DNA from: Mobula hypostoma | Lineage: Eukaryota | Direction of reading: 5' to 3' | DNA length: 64,000 nucleotides | Assembly: GCF_963921235.1 (NCBI RefSeq) | Contig: NC_086097.1 | Coordinates: 119,972,001-120,036,000, forward strand | In this document: in pieces, positions 1 to 13,872 of the stretch | Layout of the letters: each line of letters starts with the position of its first letter | Numbering within the stretch: the stretch's first letter is position 1 | Made by a program: the position numbers and the translations under genes | Notes under the pieces: generated by a model | What the model was told of the DNA's origin: nothing | The model's input: the letters and a program-made list of their open reading frames with translations, nothing else | The model's database searches: none

Positions 1-884
1 CTCTGTTCAGGCCTTTCAATATTTGATGGGTTTTCAATGAGATCCACTCAAATTCTTCTAAGCTTCAGCAAGTACAGGCCCAAAGGTATCATATCCCTTT
101 CGTTCCTGGATCATTCTCAAAAAGATGCCCATGTCCATCTTTTTACAGCCTATATACAGTCACATTAATTCCATTCAATCTTGTGGCAGCTCAAATGTTA
201 ATAAAAATCATGGCAGTACATGTCTGAGATGTTAGGTAGATTACAGGGCTGAGATTCCATAAGGAATCTGTCAAAATACAGAGTTTCACCCTCCTTTAAA
301 TCGCCCATTGAACAATGTTCCCTTGTTACAAGAGTACTGCTTAAGGTATAAAGAAAAGCTATAACTATTGCATTCTGAGCTAATTAAAGCTCTCAGTCAT
401 GACAAGGGTTCAATCTTCACTAAACCTACTGGATACTACACTATGAACACATTTTTTAATGGTGAAAACATACAGTTTTAACAATAAAGAGCTGACAACA
501 GCAAAAATCTATTGAGATCAATAGTATTTTTAGGCGGTTGGGAAAGAGCAGCAGTCCCTCGTGCTATTGAGTTAGGTAAGTGAGTGCAATGGGAAAAGAC
601 CATAAAAGCTGCTTAATCTCCTCTACTGTATTTTGCTTTTGCTGTGGCTTTGTGCAGACTCCACTGAGAATGCCTGTCAGAGATGGACCAGTGCAAAAAA
701 TAATATTATTACACCAAACCATCACTGCAGAATTTAAAAGACTCCAATCTGGAGAATGAATTTGTTGGCCTAGAAGACTATAAATTGAGGCCATCCAAGA
801 CAATAAATTCAGTGGTTAATTCACTCCTTACAAGTCTGCTGCAAACTGTATAAATGCTATGCCTGGACTGGTGTGATAATTTTA

Positions 885-1717
885 TATACAGACTTTATGA
901 GGTATCTCCCATACATGGTCTTCTGCTGCTGTAGTCCATCCACTTCAAGGGTTGACCTGTTGTGCATTCACAGATGCTCTGTGTACCACTGTTGTATGTG
1001 TGGTTAATTAAGTTACTGTCACCTTCCTATCAGTTTGAACCAATCTGTCCATTCTCCTCTGACCTCTCTCATTAACAAGATATTTTTTCCCACAGAACAG
1101 CCATTTATTGGATTTTTTTGTTGTTTTTTGCATCATTCTCAGTAAACTCTAGAGATTTGTATGTAAAAATCCCAGGAGTTTAGCAATTTTTATGATACTC
1201 AAACCACCTCTTCTGGCACCAAAAATCATTCCACAGTCAAAGTCACTCAGATCACATTTAGAAACATGGAAACATAGAAAACATACAGCGCAATACAGGC
1301 CCTTCGGTTCACAAAGCCGTGCCGAACATATCCCTACCTTAGAACTACCTAGGCTTTACCCATAGCCCTCTATTTTTCTAAGCTCCATGTAGCCATCCAG
1401 GAGTCTCTTAAAAGTCTGGCCTAGATAAGTATGCTCATATCCTATCAAGTCAAATGTAGCATTGTTTTAAAGAAATGAGCCCAAACAGTTAATGCTCTAT
1501 AGGAATCTTCTCTTATTTCACTTCAACACAATGGACAGAAGAATTTATATTTCCTTGAAAACAAAACCATCTTCTCTTAATAATATTCATTTCTTCCCCA
1601 AGATTCTGTTTGGACTGAACAACAACTTAACCTCATAACCCTGCCTGCATGGTTTTATGCATTGGCTTGCATCCATATGATTGGTTGATCAAATATTTAC
1701 TTTAACAAGCGGGTGTA
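885..1717 (-). mobile_element. Degenerate Tc1-like element (same family) split by an insertion at about 1260-1590 that begins with a CR1 3' end
   Basis: Body homologous to 7440-7810; breaks at gatcacattt and resumes at catttcttcccc. Confidence 0.78.
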
Positions 1718-2099
1718 GCAATAATCCGAACACAAAGTGAAAATTCAGAATTCAAGGCAATCCAATGCTAAATATTTAGACCACCTATCTTGACTGTAAG
1801 ATTTAGGTAACTAGGTATGATGGCTCCAAACCTTGAACACTTGTAAAAGTGAACCTTGACAGTCTCATACTTTGTGTGTTTTAGTCCCTTATGTTTACAA
1901 CTATTGCTCTCATATAGTTTTAGCCAGGTCTCTGGTACTGCAGTCCTTTGCTGACTAATGCTATAAGTTGCCAATGCCAATTTTCATCTCTCCTCCAAAT
2001 CCTAACATCCCTGTCCTCTCCTGCCTTCCGATGAAATTCTGGTATCGAATTTGCTCAGATATTCATTGATGAACATTAAAATGTCAGTTATCATGAATG

Positions 2100-2938
2100 A
2101 TTCAAATAGTTATGTTTCAATAGATTCAATAGGTTCAATAGGTACATTTATTGTCAGAGAAATGTATACAATATGCATCCTGAAATTATTTTTCTTCGCA
2201 GACATCCACAGAAACAGAGGTGAGCCTCAAAGAATGAAAGACAGTTAAATTATTAAAACCCCAAAGTGCCCCCCAACTCCCCCCTCATGCTCAAGCAGCA
2301 GCAAGGCAATGACCTTCCCACCCCCACCAACAAAAAAGCATCAGCACCTTCCACCAAGCACTCAAACGGGTAGCAAAGATTCAGTAAAGACACCTACTTG
2401 CAGTTCCCCAAAAACTACGTGTTCACTCAGTAATTTGACATATCACAGGCTCGCTTTGTCTCTCCCTAATAAGGGAAAAAGAGGCATCCCCATTTCACAA
2501 CGACAGGGGAGACATAACATACAACTCACTGATCTGCGACATTAAAAGTCTGTTGTGTTGCTTTTTCCGAGCTCTGCACCCAGAGAGCTGGCACCAGAAA
2601 GGCGCAGCTCACCGGACACACAACTCCCGGCAGCTAACTCCCTGCTCCCGATGTTTCATATTCACCTGTGATGCTTCAGTCAAGGCAACTGGCCTAGAAA
2701 CAGCAGGTTCCCAGAACCCATGAAGGTGCACTCATCTTCTAGGTCACGTCCCTGAGATATCAAAAAGCGGCTGGTCATGAGGCCCCTTTTGTGCCAAGAA
2801 CCGAAGTCAGAGTGTAACTCCAGGTCAGGGTCTTCAAAAGAATCTTGAAAAGGGAAAAAAGAGATATCAAAGATAGAAATAGAGCTGTTTCCAAATACGC
2901 AAGCAAAGGAGTCGCCGTTCGGTGTCATCCTGACTTCA
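2100..2938 (-). mobile_element. Non-autonomous LINE-dependent repeat (related copy at about 56985-57555)
   Basis: Both copies share tttatt..cagagaa.tgtatac and catccacagaaacaga, with an aataaa plus tandem tail on the minus strand; no coding motif. Confidence 0.55.
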
Positions 2939-4039
2939 GATTTTTATCATTAATGTGATAGAACACAGAACATAGAACAGCACAGCAGAGGAGCAAGCCA
3001 TTCAGCCCTCAAGGTTGTGCTTGTACAAAATAAATTGGTAATCAAATAACCAACTAAACTAATCCCTTATGTCTACACAATGTCCTTATCCTTCCATTTT
3101 CCTCACATTCTTGTGCCTATCTAAAGGTCTCTTAGAAGTCTCTAATAGAGAGCATAGTTGATGTCACTGATGTAATAATGTCACAGACCTTCACAACATA
3201 TTATGCCTGCCATTTCCGTGACCTGAAGGAGTCTTTGTACCATCTGTACATGGATTATGAGCGGTTGTAGCCCATTTTTTGAGTACCTGGAGGGATTGCT
3301 CTGCAAACTTTTGGTGTACTTCAGCCTGACACCCCTGACCTTGGTCACTCGTTGCTGATGGTGTGGGCTGTTTGGATACGGTTTGTTCCTGAGCCTGGCA
3401 TGGGTTCAGGCTGCACGTATTTGAGGGTTCTGATGAGCCGATCAATTTCCGCTCTTCTGGGGTTGTGTCCATGGTTGTGCATTCTTAGGGATGGAGCATG
3501 TGGCATCCGTAGGCAAAGTGGAGCTCATCTGGGATCACTGGGGGTCGCAGTGATTTGAGTCTGCTATAGATAATGCTGATTGTATTGTAATCTGAAGCTG
3601 TTGATTGTAAACTTTGTGTATATTGGAATATATAACAGTTCCTAGATGTCAACATCTCAGAAGATCTATCCTTGGAGCAACAGAATGACGTAATTATGAG
3701 CAGGATGTACCAGCAGTTATATTTCATCAGCAGTTTGAGGCAATTTCGTATGTCGCCAAAAACTTTAGCAAATTTCAACGGATGTACCGTGGAGAGCATT
3801 CTAATTGGTCACATCACCATCTTGTATGGGAGGGCCATTGCACGGGGTCAGAAAATGCTGCAGAGGGTTGTAAGCTCAGTCAGCTCCATCATGGGCACTA
3901 TCCTTCCCAGCATCCAGGTCATCTTCAAAAGGTGATGCCTCAAACAGGTGGCTTAGCGTAAAATATTGAATTCACATGACACTTTTCCTCTCCCTCTCCT
4001 ATAACTTGTAGTCTACAAGACTACAAATGTCCTGCACCA

Positions 4040-5005
4040 TTGGAAAGGAAGATGTTTTGTTCAGGCTAAATTGGAGAAAAGCTCATTACAACAATGTTAG
4101 GCAGGAGCCAGGGATAGTCGAATGGGAGCAGCTATTATTGGTTAAGTCCATGTCTGACATGCAGAAGTCAGTTCAAGGCCAGATGGACAGAATTCAGATT
4201 CAACAGGGGCAAGAAAGAGAAGATTTGCAATGTTCAGGAACATTGGATGAGAGATGCTACAAAATTTGCCAGAAAGAAAGAGGAAGCATATCACCAGTTT
4301 AGGAAGCTGAAACTGGACGTAGTCTCATTTTGGTCAGGAGAGGATTTAAACGGGAATTTGTGTGTTGGGGGGATTGAAAGGGCCCATGAAATGTCTTTGT
4401 TTAGTACAATTAAATAGAACCCCAAGACATTTATACATACATTAAAAAAGAGGGTAATGGGGGAGAAAGTAGGACTACTCAAGGAGGGAACTTATGCCCA
4501 GAGTCAATGGAGGTGGGCATGGACAAGATCAAGAAAGGATAAATTGATATTCTAGGGCATTTTGACATCAGGAAGCAGAAGGTGTTGAGGCCCCTGAAGA
4601 ACTTCAGGTGTCAGAGCCTGATGGGATCTGTCTCAGCTTATTGAGAGAGACAAACAAAGAGATAGCTGGGTCTTTGAAAGAGAGTTTTCTATCCCTTTTA
4701 ACCACAGTTGAGATCGTAAGGGACTGGAGAATAGTCAATATTGTTCCTTTATTTAAGAGGGGTAATAGGGAATAAAGCAGAAAAGTATAGGTTGATGTGT
4801 TCTGTCAAAGATACAGAAATTATAGGAAAAGACTTTTAGAGATAGGATCTAATTGGATCTGTAAAAGCAATAATCAGCATGGCTTTATGAGGCCAAAGCC
4901 ATGCCTTACAAGTTTGATTGTGTTTGCTGTGGAGAGAACAAAAATGGTTGATGAGGATACGGTTGTTGATATCGCGTACATGGACTTTAGTAAAGTCTTT
5001 GACAG
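4040..5005 (+). mobile_element. Decayed CR1 ORF2 fragment
   Basis: LNWRKA, QHGFMRPKPCLTSL and YMDFSKVFD motifs. Confidence 0.85.
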
Positions 5006-5185
5006 AGATTCCTTCTTCTGCCTTTTATCTTTTCCATGTATCCCTTCACAGTTTTTTATTTCATCTCCCTCCTCCACCCACCTACCTCCCCCTTCACTTG
5101 ACCTCACCTATCACTTGTTCTTCCCTTTTCCTTCCCATTCTGGCTTCCTCCCCCTTCCTCAGCAGTTGTTATGAAGGGTCTCAGC

Positions 5186-5822
5186 CATGCTATCCATGTA
5201 CCTATTCAAATTTCTCTTAAATGTTGAAATCGAGTTTGCATTGACCACTTGTGCAGGCAGCTCATTCCACACTCTCACGACCCTGAGTGATGAAGTCTCC
5301 TCTCTCGTTCCCCTTAAATTTCTCACCTTTCGCCATTAAGCTGTGTCCTCTGGTTGTAGTCCCACCCAACTTCGGTGGAAAGGGCCTGCTTGCATTTACC
5401 CTATCTATACCCCTCATAATTTTGTTTATGTCTATTAAATCTCCTCTCAATCTTATATGTTCTAAAGAATACAGTCCTAACCTATTCAATCTTTCCTTAT
5501 TGCTCAGGCCCTCCAGATCCGACAACATGCATATAAATTTTCTCTGCATTCTTTCAACCTTGCTTACATCTTCCCTGTAGGTAGGTGACCAAAACTACAC
5601 AATAATCCAAATTAAGTCTCACGAACATTTTATACAATTTTAACATAACATCCCATCTTCTGTTCTCAGTACAAAGATTTATGGCCAATTTGCCAAAAGC
5701 TTTCTTTACAACCATATCTACCTATGATGCCACTTTGAACGAATTATAGACCTGTATTCCAGATACTTCTGTTCTACCATTCTCCTCAGTGCCCTAGCGT
5801 TCACTGTTTAAGACCTACCCAT
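5186..5822 (-). mobile_element. CR1 RT C-terminal fragment (preceded by a PLE UTR piece at about 5006-5185)
   Basis: ERLNRLGLYSLEHIRLRGDLI motif. Confidence 0.85.
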
Positions 5823-7376
5823 ATATCTTATAAAACCTTTGCTAAAGTAATGTTGGCAGAAATTTCATATGTGTGAATTAATAATTGCACAACGCAAGTA
5901 AAAGTTCAAGGCAGAGTTAAGTGAGAAATTTTTGGCACCGAGACCATTTCAGAGAAAAATTTCAAATGGAGTCTAGTTGATAGTGTAGAGACATTTAGAC
6001 CTACTCTAATTAGACTTACAAATAACTCTTCCTTGAAAGTAAGCAGCAAATCAATCAGTAATGAATGATTTATTTATTGTTTCCATTACTCTGATCATTT
6101 GCTATGTGAATTGCACTAAATGACTCAATTCCAGAACGCATTAAAAATCCAGGAATAAATGATTAATGAATAAGGTACTGCATCTTTCACAGTGCATTGC
6201 TATCATTTGTTTATTTGTATTTGGGTATCAGGTGTGGATATTTCCTGCTTATGAAAGAATTATTTTGTTCCTTATTTATTTGTTTTAGTGAAAGAAAGAG
6301 AGAGAGAGATAACACGGAACAGGTCCTTCTGGCCCACTGAGCTGCGCCTGCCCCAGTTTAATACTTTCCTATATTGTCTGCTCCTATCCCTGTCCAAAGC
6401 TATTGTAAAGGTCAGAGAGTTAAGGTCGCTGACTCTAAAGTGCTCACCCACCAAGATCTGACACCTGACCTGATTCATTACCTAGCACTAGATCTAGTAC
6501 AGCAACTCCTGTCGTCATCTTGTCTGTGTATTGCATCAGCAATCTTATTTATTTATTTTTCACAGCGGCAAACAGTCACTTCCAGCCCAATGAGCCACGC
6601 TAACTTTACAAAGAACAATTAACTTACTAACTGGTGCGTCTTTAGACTGTAGGAGGAATCGGCAGCACCTGGCGGAAATCCGTGTGCTTATGGAACAGAC
6701 ATACAAACTTCTTACGGAGGTCGTTGGAACTGAACTCTGAACTCTGGTGCCATGTGCTGCAGCAGCAAAGCGCTAAATGCTACAATCCCATGATGCCCTT
6801 TGTAGCAACCACTTGGCATCTGCCTTTATAGATATGATTATCAAATATTCCATCTTAAGGAAAACTTCACAGTAGCCATATAATCCACATACTAATCCAT
6901 TGACATACAAAATAGGTTTCAAAACTCCATTTCCTATTTGTACTTACATCAATGCAGCTATTATATACTTTAATAATTTTATCACCGGACACTGTTGGGT
7001 ACAAGATAAGAAAATAATGTCATTTATTTCTCTTTCTCTCTGAATAAAGGACTAGATGATCATAAAAGTATAGAATTCTATTATTACCAGGGAAAAAAAT
7101 CCCTTCGGTGTTAGAGTGACTCTTCATGATATGTTGAGTTCACATATCTCATTAAATCAAGATCTAAGATATCAAATGTTAAAATTTATGATGATGGGTA
7201 GACAGACAGGTCAATATTGAGTACAAGTGAGATCAAATGGACTAAAAGCCTTTTTGCATAAGAGCGAGATTTATTAATTTTAAACGCATACAGAAAATGA
7301 ATGAAAGATTTATAGTTCTGATTTCTCCTCTTAGAAGATTTATCCATATTGTTAAACACACAGTGGCCACTGCATA

Positions 7377-7864
7377 CACTCAGTAACCACTTTGTTAAGT
7401 ATTCCCTGTACCTAATAAAGTGGCCACTGAGTGTATGTTCATGGTCTTCTGCTGCAGCAGGGATTCCACGTCAAGGATTGATGTGTTGTACATTTGGAGA
7501 TGTTCTTCTGTTGTAAAGCGTGGTTATTTGAATTACTGTCACCTTCCCCTCAGCTTGAACCAGTCCGGATATTACCCTATGACCTCTCTCATTAACAAAG
7601 CATTTTTGTCCACAGAATAGCCATTCACTGGATGTTTTTTGTTCTTTGCGCCATTCTCTATAAACTCTGGAGTCTGCTATATGTGAAAATCCCAAGAGAT
7701 CAGCAGTTTCAGAGATACTCAAACCACCCCATCTGGCACCAACAATTATTCCATGGTCAAAGTTACTTAGATCACATTTCTTCCCCATTCTGATATTTGG
7801 TCTGAAGAACAATTGAACTAATGAGCAAGTGTAAAAGTGTACCTAATAAAGTGGCAACTGAGTG
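7377..7864 (-). mobile_element. Non-autonomous Tc1-like element retaining only the HTH DNA-binding region
   Basis: TA-flanked TIRs (cactcagtggccactttattaggtaca type). ORF 7471-7812 reads MGKKCDLSNFDHGIIVGARWGGLSISETADLLGFS. Extra internal TIR at 7407-7433. Confidence 0.9.
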
Positions 7865-8554
7865 TATTTTAATGTTATTCTAGTAAGCATCTCATACACT
7901 TCTAACATGCTTATTTGTTAAGGAGCGCTGTTAATGACCCAAATCAACTAACAATTACTATTTGGATTTGCTTTTCTTTTCTCTTGTCCTGTTGAGTGAT
8001 TTAAAGAAAATTGTGATTAATCACACAATTAGGGAAGTTAATCCCAAGTTAATCAAGGTTTTAATCACACTGTTGAACAAAATAATATAGAATATCATTA
8101 TGTTTGAATAGTCCTGTGGAAAATGTTCAGCCTCTGTTTTCTCAGTTCTATAGTTTAACACTCTCATCTTGTTCAAATACCTCCATGAGCTCACCCTTAA
8201 AGTAATAGGTGCAGTCCTGTAGTCCTCAGATGCTGAGCTCTTCCAATTAAGGTCCCTGATTTCAAAGTTCAAAGTGCAAATTAAATTTATTATCATATTA
8301 TCTATACCGTATGACCTCATATACTAACCTGAGATCCATTTTCCTACGAATGTTCATAGTAGATACAAAGGTATATAATAGAATCAACGAAAAATTGCAC
8401 ATAAACAAAGCTGATTTCCTTCATCCATCACTGGCAGCTGTATGGTCCATTGTAAAGTCTCCTGCTGGCACTTCCTGCTGAAATAACACACCAAGATTAT
8501 TGTTAACTTTATGGTCAGGCACTGGAGGGGAAGGTGCTTAATGAGTCCATGGTG

Positions 8555-8880
8555 TGACATGGTAAGCGTGGTGGTTAGCATAATGCTTTTATGGCACCAG
8601 AAATCTGTAGGTTTGGATTCAATTCCTGCCACTGTCTTTAAGGAGTTTGTACATTCAGCCTGTGACCGTGTGGGCTATATCTGGGTTCTCTGGTTTCCTC
8701 CCACATTCCAAAGGTTAGTAAGTTGTTAGCATGCTATATTGGTGCCAATAGCCTGGTGACACTTGAAAATTGTTCCTAGCACATACTCGGGCTGAGTTGG
8801 TCATTGATGCAAATGACGCATTTCACTATACATTTCAATCTTCCAATGTGCATGTGACAAATAAAACTATTCTTTAATCT
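8555..8880 (+). mobile_element. tRNA-derived V-domain SINE (other copies at about 26095-26610+, 20755-20945-, 49720-50000-)
   Basis: A-box-like gtggtggttagc, B-box-like gattcaattcc, V-domain ctggtttcctcccacattccaaa, and a gtgacaaataaa tail. Confidence 0.75.
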
Positions 8881-9754
8881 CTTACCTTTGAAGATGAGGA
8901 GAGCGATGTGATCTTGGATATAGGGCTCTGTGTTAAGCTACCCCTCATTCTCCACCTGTTCTTGGTATTTGTAACTGATCAGAGACAATCTCATGGTAAT
9001 TGGAGGATGAAATTCATGCATGGATTAGATCTGGATCCAGGCTAGAGATGTAGATGCAGAGTGGAAAATATTGCCATCAGTTCCATTATTAGTGGAATTC
9101 AGCAAACTGAGCAATGAATGCCCTAAGTAAGTGGATAGAGAGCAGGTGTTGAAGCAAATCCAATGTCTACAGGAGCGAGTCCACTGGAGGATGAAGGCTG
9201 AAGACAGCCTGTCCTGGAGTTAAAGGACTATGTGCATGGGTGGGAGGGAGAAATAGGGCTTGTTTTTCCTGTTATTGCTTGTGTGTTCTACTGAACCACT
9301 CTTCCAGCAAAGGATCAGTGCAGAATGAGGAAAAACAAGGAAATAAATTAATTGCAGTTACTGAGTACAATTAGTGCTAAGAGAAATTAACATATTAATT
9401 TTTAATGTGTTAAACATCTCAGTTAATGCCAAAACTAATTTTTCAAAGACAAATCTGATTTCCCAATCCTCAGGTTCCCCTGGGGTTCTGCATAAATACT
9501 CCCTTGGCTGTGCCAGAAGCTTCCCACGAGTCCTAAGATCAAACGTTTATTGCTTTCAGAGTACACCCAAAACAATCCTTACTGATTTGAGTTAACATAA
9601 TGCATTTCACTGTGTGTTTTGGTGTTTCCATGTACTTGTGACATATAAAGCTAACCTTTAAATCTGTATAATCTCATCTCGAGAGATACTCAACTGTATA
9701 GGCCATAAACTGCTTGCACTACAGAGTAGAATTCCTGGCCCTACAAATAAAGTC

Positions 9755-10890
9755 CAAAGTTGAAAATAAAATCTATTATCAGAGTACATATATGTCACCG
9801 CATACCACACTGAGATTCCCTTTCCGCGGGCATACTCAGTAAATCTATAGGACAGTAAGTGTATATAGGATCTGTAAACTATAAACATCAGGAACTGTAA
9901 ATTGTAAACCCTCTGCAAATGCAAATCATAAATAAATAACAATAATTAACAAGCATGGGATAACAAGATAAAAGAGTCCTCAAATGAGTATAGTTACCTA
10001 CTTTTGTTCAGGAGCCTGATGGTTGAGTCTGATTCTTAAACCTGGTGAGTCAAGTCCTGAGGGACCTGTACCTTCTACCTGATGGCAGCAGCGAGAAAAG
10101 CAGATGGCCTGGGTGGTGAGGATCTTTGATGATGGATGCTTCTTTTCTAAGACGATGTTTCATGTCAATGTGCTCAGTGCTTAGGAGAGTTTTGCCTGTG
10201 ATGTGCTAGGCCAAATCCACTAGCTCTTAGGGGATTTTGGTGTTCCTATACCAGACCATAATGCAGCCAGTCATAACAATTTCCACCACACATTGCCAAG
10301 GTTTTTGATGACATGCTGAATCCCTGAAAACTCCTGAGGAAGTAGAGGCATTGTCATGCTTTCTTCACAACTATATTTATATGATAGATCCTGGACAGGT
10401 CCTCTGAGATAGTGACATCCAGGAATGTAAGTTACTGACCCTCTCCACCTCTGATCCTCCATTGAGTACAGGCTCATGGACCTCTGGTTTCCCTCTCCTG
10501 AAATCTACTATCAGTTCTTTGGTCTTACTGACATTGAGTGCCAGGTTGTTGTTATTACACTGTTCAGCCAAGTTTTCAATCTCCCTCCTGTATGCTGATT
10601 CATCACCACCATTGATACCTCTCACAACAGTGATGTCTTTAGCAAATTTGTATATGGTGTTGGAGGTGTACTTAGCCACACAATCATAGGTGTAAAGCAA
10701 GTAGAGCAGGGGGCTAAGTACACATCCTATGGTGTTCCTGGGCTGACAGAGATTGTGGAGGAGATGATTTTGCCAGTCCAAACTGACAGTGAGAAAATAC
10801 AGGATCCAATTGCATGAGGGGTATTGAGGCCCAGGTGTTGAAGTTTACTAATTAGTTTTGAGGAGATGATGATGCTAAATGCTGAGCTGT
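9755..10890 (-). mobile_element. Decayed Rex1/Babar-type LINE
   Basis: GCVLSPLLYLLYTYDC...KFAKD...LNVSKTKELIVDFRR motifs. Confidence 0.87.
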
Positions 10891-11254
10891 AAATAATGAT
10901 ACAGGTAGTGAGGAAATAAAATATGCATAACATATACGTGTAACTATAACATGAATAAAGATAGATATATCTATGTAACCTAGTAGCATAAATAGAATGT
11001 CTTGAATTAACTTGGAGAACTTCTGGAGCAAGCCAGTGCATTAGAATAAGAAAGAAAGTTAGATGATTAAGCAACTATTTCTGGGGCTGTGAAGACCCTT
11101 GCTCTGTCATCTGCTTTTCCATTCATATTTAGTAAAGCAGGTACTGCTTCTGGAGAGTTGAAAATGCACTGATAATTTGTATCATTGTAAAAGTGCTTCA
11201 GTCATCTTCAAGGAAGTTCTGTTCTGAGTGTTAAAGATGGTTGAAGGTTAACTC

Positions 11255-12318
11255 TGAGGGCAGAATACGAGGTTAATAGCAGGATTCTTAGCAGTGTGGA
11301 GGAACTGAGAGATATTGAGAATCATGTCTATAGATCCCTCAAAGTTGCTGTGCAGGTTGCTAGGATGGTTAAGAAGGCGTATGGAGTGCTGGCTTTCATT
11401 ACTTTACTTAACCTTATTGTCGCCAAGCAATTGATACTAGAGCGTACAATCATCACAGCGATAATTGATTCTGTGCTTTGCGCTCCCTGGAGTACAAATC
11501 AATAGTAAATATTAAAAATTTAAATTATAAATCACAAATAGAAAATAGAAATGGGAAAGTAAGGTAGCGCAAAAAAAACCGAGAGGCAGGACGGATATTT
11601 GGAGGGTACGGCTCAGATCCTGGTCAGGACCCATTCAGCTGTCTTATCACAGTTGGAAAGAAGCTGTTCTCAAGTCTGGCCGTATGAGTCTTCAAGCTCC
11701 TAAGCCTTCTCCCGGAGGGAAGAGGGACGAAAAGTGTGTTGGCTGGGTGGGTCGTGTCCTTGATTATCCTGGCAGTTGGGAGACTGAGTTCAAGAGCTAG
11801 AAGGTAATGTTGCAAATCTATAAAACCCTGGTTATGCCACACTTCGAGTATTGTGTTCAGTTCTGATCACCTCATTACAGGAAGGATGCGGAACTTTTAG
11901 AGAGGATGCAAAAATTTTCCTGGATTGGATGTTAGGTGAGCTATAGCCTTTCTCTTTGGAGCAAAGGAGGTTTTGAGCTGACTTGATAAAAGTGTTCAAG
12001 ATGACAAGAGGCATTGATTTTTTCCCAGGGCAGGGAGGCATATTTTTAAGGCGTTTGGAGGAAAGTATAGGAAATGTCAGAAGCAGGTTTTTCACACACA
12101 GAATGATAAGTGCATGGGACGTGCTGCCAGGGGTGGTGATAGAAGCAGATACATTAAGAACAGTTAAGAAGTCCTTAGGTAGACACATGGATTATAGGAA
12201 AATAAAGGGCTCTGCAGGAGAGAAGAGTAAGATTGATATTAGAGTAGTTTTAAAAGGTGGCATAGTATTGTGGGAGAATATTAAGCCTGTACATTGCTTA
12301 ATATTCTATGTTCTATGA
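11255..12318 (+). mobile_element. CR1 3' fragment split by a Rex1-type insertion (11401-11773)
   Basis: VKKAYGVLAFI | SWETEFKS is continuous across the insert; RFFTHRMISAWD motif; ttctatg tail. Confidence 0.85.
11401..11773 (-). mobile_element. Rex1/Babar-type LINE 3' end
   Basis: ARIIKDTTHPANTLFVPLPSGRRLRSLKTHTARLENSFFP and an aataa-tandem tail. Confidence 0.8.
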
Positions 12319-12427
12319 ATCCTCAATTTCTCCTTAAGCTGGCAGAGAAAGTTGCATTAAGGCATAATTTTGTTTAGATTAGTAAAGCACTTTTGCTTAC
12401 GTGGCACAGTATTTGTGAAGTAATAAT

Positions 12428-13872
12428 TGCTATGTTTTGTAACTCCAAAAACTAATGAAAGAAAATCACTGGAGCGGGGATGTATGTGTACTTATTTCCT
12501 CTTTCAGTGAAGCGCTCACATAGGGTGTGGTGGTGTAGTAACGTACATCATTCACATATTCCTTCCATATAATCCATAATGAATTATGTAAAGAAGCAAA
12601 GAATGCTTAAACAAACAATATATTCACAACATCATATATATATACACACAACACAACTACTATATAGACAACCACAGCATAGTGAATTCTAAATTGTCCA
12701 TTTCAGGCCTAAAGATTTAATTGCTGCGGAGGATTTCTTACTCAGGTGGGATAATGTTTTTACGTGTTTTTCTGACAAGGGATCACTCTGTTTGGCAGAT
12801 GAGACTCATGGCTGTGAAACAATCTCAGCTTCTGTGCCCTCTTCCATGTTGGCTGCAGGAGTTGACTCTGATACTGCAGGAAGTGGTTCTGACAGCTCTA
12901 GACACCTTTCTTCTCTGTTCAAAATGATTGCTCTCCCCTCAGCTGATCAGTGTATCATCTCCAGATGACATCAGATGCAGTTCCAGGCTATCAGATAAAG
13001 CTTTGAGTCAATGCTTTCATTTTGACCATGCCTAGATGACCAGCATGTAGCTCCTGCAACACTTTAGATCTCAGTTTGGATGGTAGAACAACTCTCAACC
13101 CCTACATAAGACAACTCCCTTCAAGGGTAAGTTCAGTCCAGTGCTAGTAAAAGTGGGGGCACTGGAATTTCTGCTGCACATTTCAGCCATTTTGGGTTGC
13201 CATGTAGACCTGAGACAGTGTGGGGTCTCTTCTGTTTTCCCTTTGAATCATCTTTGCTATAATAGGGAGACTTTCCAGTTGCGTTTGGGAGAATACTTCA
13301 AGAAGAGTGTCCCCTTTTATAAATTTTTTCAGATATTTTCTTCTGCAAGGATAAATAAGACAACCCATCAGCTTTTCCATAATTAGTTGTCCTCTTGAAT
13401 TTGATCTTGTAATTGTGTTCTCCAAGAAACAGAGCCCATCTCCACATTTCTGCTGCTGCTGTTAATGGAACAGCCTTCCGTGGATTGAAAATGGACACTG
13501 GTGGTTGATCTTCAGTATTGAGGGTAAACTCTGTCCCATACAGGTACTGTTTGGCGTTCCTTGTCATCTATTCTGGTAACAATGATTCTATCCAGGTAAC
13601 ACTGAGTGCCTGGGCAGACTTTCTGCCAGGGTGTACTGTTAAGTTTTGTAACTCCAAAAACTAATTGAAAGGAAAACGTGAGAGCCAGGATGCGTGTGTA
13701 CTTAGTTGTACTTTTAGTGAGGTGGTCAAATATGATAGTGTAATGACACATGCCATTCACAGACCTCCTACATATAACCAGTAATAAATTATGTAAGCAA
13801 GCAAGGAATGCATAATCAAACAATACATTTACAATATTACTCATATATTACTGAAACATTAAATAGACAACA
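12428..13872 (-). mobile_element. Internally deleted Gypsy LTR retrotransposon (Mag-like) with both LTRs
   Basis: LTRs at about 12428-12653 and 13637-13872 (TG...CA) and a 5-bp TSD ataat (12423-12427, 13873-13877). Pol remnants: WALFLGEHNYKIKFKRTTNYGKADGLS, IQRENRRDPTLSQV, LHAGHLGMVKMK. Confidence 0.88.

Noticed and set aside
3191..3590. 93-aa minus ORF and neighbour, possibly a Gypsy integrase tail
   Set aside because: There is only a faint SRLKS similarity and no LTR or catalytic motif, so I cannot support a call.
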